Source: Octopus bimaculoides (lineage: Eukaryota). From it: a stretch of DNA of 50,477 nt. Position 1 is the first letter of the stretch; each line of letters starts with the position of its first letter. Shown piece after piece: positions 36,361-45,423 of this stretch. The DNA is taken from NCBI RefSeq assembly GCF_001194135.2, contig NC_068981.1, positions 31,995,299 through 32,045,775 on the forward strand. The letters run 5' to 3'. Position numbers and translations under genes: made by a program. The notes under the pieces are model-generated. The model was not told the origin of the DNA, did no database searches, and worked only from the letters and a program-made list of their open reading frames with translations.

Positions 36361-36878
36361 GCATATTTTTTAAAACGGGGGCCACATTTTTCATTAACGA
36401 AACACTTTGAAACTTGGAACACTGGTAGAATGTGTTATATAAAACAACTTTTTCTCTTAGTCTTCTTAAAAAAAAAGAAATCCATAAATTTTTCCATGTT
36501 AAAGTTGTCGTATTTCTGTAATTTCAACCAATCACTGACGTTCATTCAGCCGATATACATGAAGTGCCGACTACATAAACAAACGATTCTGAAACAATTA
36601 ACCCTAACCCTAACCCTAACCCTAACCGTAGGGTTAGGGTTAGGATTAGGGTTAGGGTTAGGGTTAAAGCAAATTTAAAATGAAAAAAGCAAATAAAACG
36701 AAGGTATGGAGATTAAATACGCCTTACATCGCTTAATCAGCCAAAGGAGTAAATGTAAACAACTGAATACTTGTCAGTGATTGGTTGAAATTATCGAAAT
36801 AAGACAATTTTTTACATGAAATAAATTCGAATACAAAAATATTTTTCTGTTCTATAACACAAAATAGATAAGCATACG
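36361..36878. mobile_element. Second copy of the TTAGGG-containing MITE (right end lost in gap)
   Basis: Colinear with 1740-2320. Degenerate left TIR GCATATTTTTTAAAACGGGGG. Core is (CCCTAA)4 followed by (TTAGGG)6 at 36598-36667. Confidence 0.9.
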
Positions 36879-37305
36879 NNNNNNNNNNNNNNNNNNNNNN
36901 NNNNNNNNNNNNNNNNNNNNNNNNNNNNNNNNNNNNNNNNNNNNNNNNNNNNNNNNNNNNNNNNNNNNNNNNNNNNNNNNNNNNNNNNNNNNNNNNNNNN
37001 NNNNNNNNNNNNNNNNNNNNNNNNNNNNNNNNNNNNNNNNNNNNNNNNNNNNNNNNNNNNNNNNNNNNNNNNNNNNNNNNNNNNNNNNNNNNNNNNNNNN
37101 NNNNNNNNNNNNNNNNNNNNNNNNNNNNNNNNNNNNNNNNNNNNNNNNNNNNNNNNNNNNNNNNNNNNNNNNNNNNNNNNNNNNNNNNNNNNNNNNNNNN
37201 NNNNNNNNNNNNNNNNNNNNNNNNNNNNNNNNNNNNNNNNNNNNNNNNNNNNNNNNNNNNNNNNNNNNNNNNNNNNNNNNNNNNNNNNNNNNNNNNNNNN
37301 NNNNN

Positions 37306-37359
37306 CGGTGCTCCAGCATGGCCGCAGTCAAATGACTAAAACAAGTAAAAGAGTAAAGA

Positions 37360-37360
<1 letters not shown>
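37306..37360 (+). mobile_element. Family A SINE 3' end (5' part in gap)
   Basis: CGGTGCTCCAGCATGGCCGCAGTCAAATGACTAAAACAAGTAAAAGAG. Confidence 0.85.
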
Positions 37361-37401
<41 letters not shown>

Positions 37402-37563
37402 GTGTGTGTGTGTATGCATGTATGAATTAATTCCAGTTTACTGGTATTAATTTATTCATTCGGTCATCATTCCATGCCTTTCGTATGCAAGCCGGCAGGG
37501 CTCGCTCTGAGCACTCAAATTTTTTCAGAGTGAACGTACCGGCCGCCTCGGACACTCGGCGAA

Positions 37564-37612
37564 GAGCACCCTAGGAGGAACCGTGCGGACCGAAACGATG
37601 AGTATGGGTTTT
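37564..37612 (+). ncRNA. Degenerate hammerhead ribozyme-like motif
   Basis: CT[G]AGGA-GGAACCG tg CGGACC-GAAAC-GATGA-GTA-TGGGT. The core lacks G5, stem II is GG.CCG/CGGACC, and ACCC/GGGT could form stem I. Confidence 0.45.
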
Positions 37613-37734
37613 ACGTAATCATGTTTATGTTTCACAGTCTGTTAATGATTTATCTCAACTAAATGCTGTTGAGATAGTTGTAAGTAAGAAATATTTATGA
37701 TAACAATAATTCTATTTGTTCGATGTATATATAT

Positions 37735-38095
37735 AACAAAGTAAAATTGGAAGGTACGGCACGGGTGAAAATCTATGGGAAAGAAGATTTGAAAATGCAG
37801 AGGTCTTTTAAAGATGTTTATTGACTTCACCAGTTTCACTATTTAAAAAAAAAAAAATTTCAAAAGTAAATTGTAAGGCATTGTGTAGGCTTTGTTGTGT
37901 TAAAAATTAGTTAACATAGATGTATTAACATACAGTAATAGAGTTTTTAACAATAAGAAAATGTTAAGAAAAAGAATCTTTGATTTACACACAGCCTCAT
38001 ACTTTACCTTTGAAAATCTCTTTTTAGAAAAAGTGTAACCTGTCAAGTCAATAAACATCTTTAAAAGACCTCTGCATCTTAAAGTCCTCTTCCTT
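37735..38095. mobile_element. Divergent inverted pair of Penelope-like pLTR copies
   Basis: Minus copy 37735-37975 is homologous to 1245-1490. Plus partial copy at ~38000-38095. Arms share TGCAGAGGTCTTTTAAAGATGTTTATTGACTT. Each carries a TTGANA..GAAAC-type motif (37821-37870 minus, 38004-38052 plus). Confidence 0.65.
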
Positions 38096-38104
38096 ATATA
38101 TATA

Positions 38105-38300
38105 TTCTTTTATTTGTTTCAGTCTTTTGACTGCAGCCATGCTGGAGCACCGCCTTTAGTCGAAAAAGTCGATTCCATGACTTATTCTTTCTAAGCCTAG
38201 CACTTATTCTATCGGTTTCTTTAGCCGAAACGCTAAGTTACAGCGATGTAAACACAACAACATCGGTTGTCAAGCGATGTTGTGGGGACAAATACAGACA
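38105..38300 (-). mobile_element. Family A SINE
   Basis: Reverse complement aligns along its length to 10355-10560. Confidence 0.9.
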
Positions 38301-38625
38301 CATAAAACATATACATATATATTTACGATGGGCTTTCTAGATAGGCAGAAACAAGGAAAATGCACCTTGTATTCGAATACTATGCAAATATTCTTTTCAA
38401 AAGCTTTTCTTTTAATTTTTCTAAAATTTAATTTTTTTCCATACTTACAGTTGAAAAAGTCTCAATGACTGAAATCGGTACTGAAATGCGTTTATAAAAT
38501 AATTTTACCATTTTCTTCCTTGACTTTTTTCCCATATATATATATCTATATATATATATACACACACACAAACACACACGCAGACACACACAGGTGTGGG
38601 TGAAAATAGGTACAGACTTGCTATT

Positions 38626-38833
38626 GTGGGGAGCTGGCAGAGTCGTTATCACGCCGGGCGAAATGCTTAATGCCATTTCGTCTATCTTTACTTTCTGATA
38701 TCAAATTCCACCGGGATTGACGCTGCTTTTCATCCTTTCACGTCAATAAGTACCAGTTGAATACTGGGGTCGAGGTAACCGAATTACCTCCTCCCCTGAA
38801 ATCGCTGGCCTTGCACCAATATTTGAATCTAAT
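38626..38833 (+). mobile_element. tRNA-derived SINE family B
   Basis: GAGCTGGCAGAGTCGTTA head, CATCCTTTC..AATAAGTACCAG core, CTGGGGTCGA. Confidence 0.85.
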
Positions 38834-38950
38834 ACGAGTGGTATGGTGTCGTAATAAAGAAATAAAGAAAGAAAAAGAACATTCCACTCTTATTAAGCAA
38901 ATGTGTATCTATTTTTCTCCACCCTTGTATATATCGTGATATCTCAACGC

Positions 38951-39007
<57 letters not shown>

Positions 39008-41194
39008 CTTGTGAAAGTGAGAAAGAGTATGTGTATGTTTGCGTGTGTCAAATACAGTTGCTTATCATTTCTTCCATTCTGAGGGGAAAAAAAACATTAT
39101 TGTGTATTCTTCTAAAGATATTTTTACATTCTATATTCTACATAAAATCGTTTGTTGGAATGAAGTATTAATTGCTGTGGGTAAAGACAACGCAATTAGA
39201 ATGAGACACATATATTGATTGATAATGTATTCAAGAAGTCATATGAACTGGCGGTTCCATATACAGTATATGAGTATCCATAATTTTAGTCCAACAGCAA
39301 TGCAAAATTACATGCTCACATATTTCCATGAATACACGCACCTAGAGAAGACCAGAAATACTTATCTGAAAAGTGAATTCCAATTTTGTACCCTATGAAC
39401 CCAAACTCTGTCACCTTATCATAGATTTACAATCTTCCTTCCGTATTCGAACTATTTCCCCCTAAAACATTTCTTCACCTATAAAAGATTATTGCTTATC
39501 TTTCTAACCTTATCAATCTTATGTGCTATATTTATCGCAATTCTTATTTCTTCTAGCCATTAATCAATCAATCAAATTAAGATATGTAAACGGTAAATGA
39601 ACTCCAAAAGTTTTAGTACATAAAATGCTTTATGTAACTTGAAACTGCATTAAAAACCCTGCTTTCTACTATTTTTGTGATGCATTTTATGTTTATTGAA
39701 TAATTCGTATTCCCAATTTGCGTTTTCTTCTGTTTCGGAGCTTTTAGCTTCAAAAGCGGTTAAATATAGGAAGGTCTCATCAGTACATCTGGAATATCTT
39801 TTGTTGCACCGATTGTGATTATTTAGTTAACTGAATGCACAGACAAACATTGTACAATATGCTTATGTATATATATATATATATATATATATNNNNNNNN
39901 NNNNNNNNNNNNNNNNNNNNNNNNNNNNNNNNNNNNNNNNNNNNNNNNNNNNNNNNNNNNNNNNNNNNNNNNNNNNNNNNNNNNNNNNNNNNNNNNNNNN
40001 NNNNNNNNNNNNNNNNNNNNNNNNNNNNNNNNNNNNNNNNNNNNNNNNNNNNNNNNNNNNNNNNNNNNNNNNNNNNNNNNNNNNNNNNNNNNNNNNNNNN
40101 NNNNNNNNNNNNNNNNNNNNNNNNNNNNNNNNNNNNNNNNNNNNNNNNNNNNNNNNNNNNNNNNNNNNNNNNNNNNNNNNNNNNNNNNNNNNNNNNNNNN
40201 NNNNNNNNNNNNNNNNNNNNNNNNNNNNNNNNNNNNNNNNNNNNNNNNNNNNNNNNNNNNNNNNNNNNNNNNNNNNNNNNNNNNNNNNNNNNNNNNNNNN
40301 NNTATATATATATATATATATATGGATGGATGGATGGAACAGAACGAAACAGTAGAGTTAAATATTTTGTGAACAAACGTTCCTGTTTTGTTTTACCTCC
40401 TATATCTTCTCTGTAATCTATGCAACTATAGACTCAAACCAACTTAAACCCTTCAGACTTCGCTACAAAAGTCCTTCTCGCAGTTTCAGATGTACAGAAA
40501 TTTCATAGCGTTCAAACTGCTGGTTATTTGTCATGGGAATTTAAATTTAAAGCACGCTATAATTATGCACACGTACGCACATACACATACACATACACAT
40601 TTGTATATATGCAAACATATACACGCAAGATCCCTCGTTAGAATGTAGAAAACAAAAGAATGTCACTATTTTTAACGAAAGAAAAGTCTTTCATATTTTT
40701 TTCACTATTCTAATTACCTATTGTGTTCATAATTTGTGTGTTAGTCTGATTTCTTTTTCTGAAAACCCCATATTCTCAATAATGCATTTTGTAATAAAAC
40801 CAAGTGCACGAATTATTATCAGTATAAATGCAAATATGTAATCTGAGTATAAGAGCTGAAGGGTTCGAAGCTGTGGGTAGTTATCCTCTTTCTCTTTGAT
40901 TTCCGAAGAGACACATAAACAGGGCAGCTAATCTCTATGACGTTACGTACTCTTTCATGTGTGTGCCAAACGACAATTCCCGACCTTTTGTGTTTGCACT
41001 TAGCAGTTTTGATGGGAATGTTCCACTAATATGTTGATGTTTATGCTATATATAATAGCAGGAGGATTTTCTATTTTAATACCAGAACAGTCTTTTGACG
41101 GATGGCATTGTATATTGTTTTCGTGTCAACACCAAGTAGCCTTATGTGGTAGTATCATGAAAACAACGTGGTAGAATAGATTAACGTGGGGTAA

Positions 41195-41308
41195 CGGGAA
41201 ATGAAATGTTTCACTCAAGAACAAAACGCATCGCCTGGCCCAGGAATCAAAACCACAATCTTACGATCGTGAGACCAGCACCATAGCCACTAAACCATGT
41301 GCCTCCAC
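41195..41308 (-). mobile_element. tRNA-derived SINE head (family C-related)
   Basis: Reverse complement GTGGAGGCACATGGTTTAGTGG...GGTTTTGATTCCTGG; same start as the 48926 copy. Confidence 0.65.
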
Positions 41309-43083
41309 AATGTTTGCATTTAGTGGATTTAATTGAAATTTAATTTGTCTATCAATGTCGAAAAGGATGTACATTTCGAAAACTGCTATATCATACAGTG
41401 AATATCCTTTTTCTGCTTTGTATTGCAGCATTTCGCAATCATTTTTCAGGTTGGTGACTTGAAATATATTTAATGTCAAAGTAAATTCTTACATAAATAT
41501 TGTTATATATGTTCATTGATTATTTTTCTTCCTCTTTCATAAATGTATGTTTCACAAGTGATTAAGAATGTCATAAAACTGCCTTTGAAACGTTTGATCG
41601 CATTAAATCAATCAGACGCCACAAAAAAATGTTATATTCCTGCTACTACGTAATTTTTATGAAAGCTAAGACAGAGATTAATTTAATATATCGCTGCGGA
41701 AAATTTTAACTGTGTTGCGGCTGCAATGGAACAAAAACTTGTTACAATAGTTATTTCAATGCATAAATATAATTGTAGCGGTTTCACTTTTGAACTAGAT
41801 TTTGTTCGCAAAAGTTGGTCTTTGAGTTGTTGGCAACAACCAAATTTAGTTATTAGTACAAAGCATCACGGAACTATAGTTAGTTCAAGTTTGTGTTGCT
41901 GGAATTGATATTGTTGATATTCTGTTCAGCGATAAAAATTCTGCGTTAATATAAGCCTGGAGTTAAAAGGTGACTGGTTTTAGAAACGCACATGTAGAGT
42001 TGTTGCTGTTTTTGTCTTTATGATCAGCTGGCACATTTAACTATCGGTTAATCCTGCTCAGATCAAATATTCGGGTTCGAATTCACCAAACAATCACACC
42101 ACTAATGTAGTCTTTTTTTATCACTAGAAATTCATAAACAAGTAGAAGAATGATAACATGGTAATGCAAAATAGATATACTGTGGTCTAGAAATTTGCGT
42201 ACAAATAAACATTAGCCATATATTCAAGAGATTGTCAGTTTAGTAACATAACTTACTCAAGCACATATTCTATGCAATCAGGTCGTTTTAGATCCACTAA
42301 CTTTACAATGACTATATTAACCATTTATTTTCGTTTTGATCTGAGAATTTTGGCATATTTCCCAGTAGATGTTAGTTACCTATTCAACTATGTCTGCAGA
42401 TATATTTTATAGGCCTAAATAAGAGTCCAGCAATAAGGTGTCCACTTGAAGGATTTTTGTGGGTGGGGGAGTGCTTATATAGGCTGTAGTTGATGTTGGT
42501 TTATTATTTCATTTTAGCATTTCTTTTGATCATCCTACTAGAACTCGAACCATAGCACCTAAAATCCAGCTTTCTGTTTTCGTCTTGATTCCTAACACAC
42601 CGAGGCGTTATTGAATTTATATTGCCAAAACTTCTCTTTGAAGTTTAGCAAGTTTTTATACCATAGTTTTTTCCATCTACATACTTTAGTATCGCGCTTT
42701 GATTTTTTTTTATCTTCGACTTAAATTACACACACACATAAGCACGCACGCACGCGCGTCATTCGTCTATAGCTAGACACAATCATAGGTATCACAGGTT
42801 TGTTTTGATTTCTTCTACATATTAGTCTGCTTTAACGTGTTTCGGATTATTTTTTCTGGATATATCGCAGTAATATACTTTTTATTAGTTCCAGCTCCTA
42901 TTGCGCCCGGTCTTTCTATTCTATTTATATGTTTTAAAGTGACTGCTTTAAAAGAGGAATCCATCTGATTTTCATATATAAGCACGTAATTTCACGTAAT
43001 TTTATTAGAGTGAAGTCGCTTACGACTGGGATCGCTGTTGTTCTTGTACTTTAATTTTGGTTCTTAACAGCTTAGGAAGCGCA

Positions 43084-43208
43084 AAGGTGGCGAGTGTGTA
43101 AAACCGTAAGCACGCCGGGGAAGATCCTTGACTGCATTTCGTCTGTCTTTACGTTCTGAGTTCAAATTGCGTCGGCTTTGCCTTTCATCCTTTCGGGGTC
43201 GATGTAAA
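43084..43208 (+). mobile_element. Family B SINE, 5' part with internal deletion
   Basis: GAGTTCAAAT B-box and GCCTTTCATCCTTTCGGGGTCGAT joined directly to GTAA. Confidence 0.8.
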
Positions 43209-43240
43209 CACGCAGTAAACCGCGGTGTAGTGCGGAGTAG

Positions 43241-43594
43241 ATCCTGTACCCAACCTACCTCACAAAAAGAACTACCAGGATAAAAATACCGGGCGTTCCG
43301 CTAGGCGTGAACATCTGGTGGATTGTATCTTGCATGGTAGTAGATTAGGAGTCATTCTTAGAGGCGAAACGGAGCCGCAGAGAGAACTGGTCTTGGATAA
43401 CCAATGAAATCTTGTTTCTTATGAAGCCGGGAAACTTAGAAAAGATTTCGGACCTTATACAGCTGCTCAACAGGGTCGATCTGCGTGTTATAGTAGAAGA
43501 CAGAAAGCCTAAGTGTGACATTTGTGGATCCACAAAGCACCACAGAGTCTTCTGCACAAAAAAGACAGGAGGCACGAGGCTCCGAGGACTGTAA
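43241..43594 (+). pseudogene. Tx1/L1-like ORF1 (gag-like) remnant with CCHC zinc knuckle
   Basis: PTYLTKRTTRIKIPGVP...LRVIVEDRKPK-CDICGSTKHHRVFC (CX2CX4HX4C), with one in-frame stop. Confidence 0.8.
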
Positions 43595-43596
43595 GC

Positions 43597-44427
43597 ATGC
43601 CGTGGCTAATGATTCGTAAACATGCGCTAAGGCTGCGACATCTGCTATTCCTCAACGGTGAGCAGGTGTGATCGTCGTTTGCCAGACGGGATTTTACGCA
43701 GCTCGTCTCATTAACAGAACTGCAGTCCTGGATCAAATGTAGACCGAGAAAGGGCACTTGGTATCTAGAATGTCGGCAAGCGCTCACAGTCCTCTGCCAG
43801 TGGGGCAATGCGGTGGAAGTTCCACATTGGAGTTCTATAGGGGATAAGTGGCGGGCAAAAAGCGACATCCTCGGTGAGACGCTGGGCGTCGGAAGGGATC
43901 GATTGATTTGTCTATTCCGGAGGACTTTCGGGCCGGGGCCTATGGACAGCTTCCAGAATTTTCTTGCCTAGCTGTGTTACCGGGGGAGGTGGGGGCTCTG
44001 CTGATTCGAGAAAGCTCCATAAGCATGGAAGTGCCCTCAGTCACAGTTTTCCCATATGTGCGTAGGGTGATGGAAACGTTCAGTATGCACTAGTTCTGTG
44101 TCAGGTATTACAAACTCGTTGAACAGCTATTGACGCGCGTAGCCCGGATCCGGCTATTTGCCGAGTCCTTCGTGAGAATCACCCCGCCGCTTTCTTTTGA
44201 CCTGTCTGGTGGTTGTAACCCAAAGGTAACGTAGAGGACAAGGCCAAAAGGACTGAAGACAGATACTTTCCTCTTCAGCCAAGTCGTCATCGACTTTTTC
44301 AAGTTCCACTTTAAAAGGAATATGAGGGTGGAGTGAAGTACTACCTCCCAGTAATTTTGTTAAGATGTAGGTGAATGTGGCGAAAATGGCCTGTGTGAAA
44401 GTGTCTACGCTCAGTTTTAGCTTGTAG
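43597..44427 (+). pseudogene. Tx1/L1-like ORF2 C-terminal remnant (post-RT region)
   Basis: MPWLMIRKHALRLRHL...QLVSLTELQSWIK...FRRTFGPGPMDSFQ..LA*LCYR...KLHKHG...DFFKFHFKR..RVE...VNVAKMACV, with the stop TAG at 44425-44427. Family call is from recalled similarity. Confidence 0.7.
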
Positions 44428-44512
44428 GCCGGAGTGGTTGAAAGGAAGAAGGGTGCACTTGGCGGACGGGGTGACCAGGATGTATGGGGTGCCTTGGTTG
44501 CCTTTGGGTGGG

Positions 44513-44632
<120 letters not shown>

Positions 44633-44633
44633 T

Positions 44634-44856
44634 AAGGTAGCGATCTGGCAGAATCGTTAGCACGCTGGACGAAATGATTGGCGGCATTTCTTCTATCTTT
44701 GTGTTCTGAGTTCAAATTCCGTCGCGATCGATTTTGACTTTCATCCTTTCGGGTGCGAGAAAATTAAGTACCAGCTCAATACTGGGGTCGATGTAATTGA
44801 CTAGCCCCTTCTCCAAAAATTTCAGACCTTGTACCCTTAGTTGAAAGGATCATTAT
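44634..44856 (+). mobile_element. Family B SINE
   Basis: CTGGCAGAATCGTTAGCACG head, GAGTTCAAATTCC, AATTAAGTACCAG, tail CATTAT. Confidence 0.9.
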
Positions 44857-44859
44857 GAT

Positions 44860-45064
44860 AAGGCGGTGAGTTGGCAGAATTGTTAGCACGCCGGGCAAAA
44901 TGCTTAGCAATATTTCTTTACGTTTCATCGTGGTGGACTTTGCCTTTCATCCTTTTTATGTCGATAAATTAAGTGCCAGGGAAACACTGGAGTCGATGTG
45001 GTCGACTAGTCCCTTCTCCGAAATTTCAGGCCTTGTGCCTATAGTAAAAAACATTATTATTATT
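44860..45064 (+). mobile_element. Family B SINE (B-box deleted)
   Basis: AAGGCGGTGAGTTGGCAGAATTGTTAGCACG head, GCCTTTCATCC core, (ATT)n tail. Confidence 0.9.
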
Positions 45065-45195
45065 AGTAGTTGTAGTAGTAGTAGTAGCAGTAGTAGTAGT
45101 AGTAGTAGTAGTTGTAGTAGTAGTAGTTGTAGTAGTAGTGGTAGTTGTAGTAGTAGTAGTTGTAGTTGTAGTAGTAGTAGTAGTAGTAGTAGTTA
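45065..45195. repeat. (AGT)n/(TGT) microsatellite
   Basis: Direct reading. Confidence 0.95.
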
Positions 45196-45200
45196 CTGTT

Positions 45201-45423
45201 AGGGTGACAAGCTGGCAAGAATCGTAAGCTCGCCGGGCAAAATCTTTATGGACATCTCGTCTGTTTGTACGTTCTGAGTTCAAATTCTGCTGAAGTCAAC
45301 TTCACCTTCCATCATTTTGGGGGCGATAAAACAAATTCCAGTTGAACACTGGGTTTGATGCAACCGACTTAGCCTCCTCACCGAAACTGCTCGCTTTGTA
45401 CCAAATTTGAAACCATTATTATT
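45201..45423 (+). mobile_element. Family B SINE
   Basis: AAGCTGGCAAGAATCGTAAGC head, GAGTTCAAATTC, tail GAAACCATTATTATT. Confidence 0.85.

Noticed and set aside
36598-36667. Ancient chromosome fusion site
   Set aside because: Orientation is CCCTAA then TTAGGG (opposite to a fusion), the tract is short, and it sits inside a dispersed MITE.
39735-39790. Minus-strand CTGATGAG...CGAAAC (similar partial matches at 7005-7030 and 19140-19165)
   Set aside because: No consistent stem I, stem III or NUH site.
44900-45283. Poly-Ser, poly-Thr, poly-His and poly-Asp ORFs resembling mucins or reflectin-like low-complexity proteins (also 44154-44687)
   Set aside because: They are fully explained by (AGT)n and (CAT)n microsatellites between SINEs.
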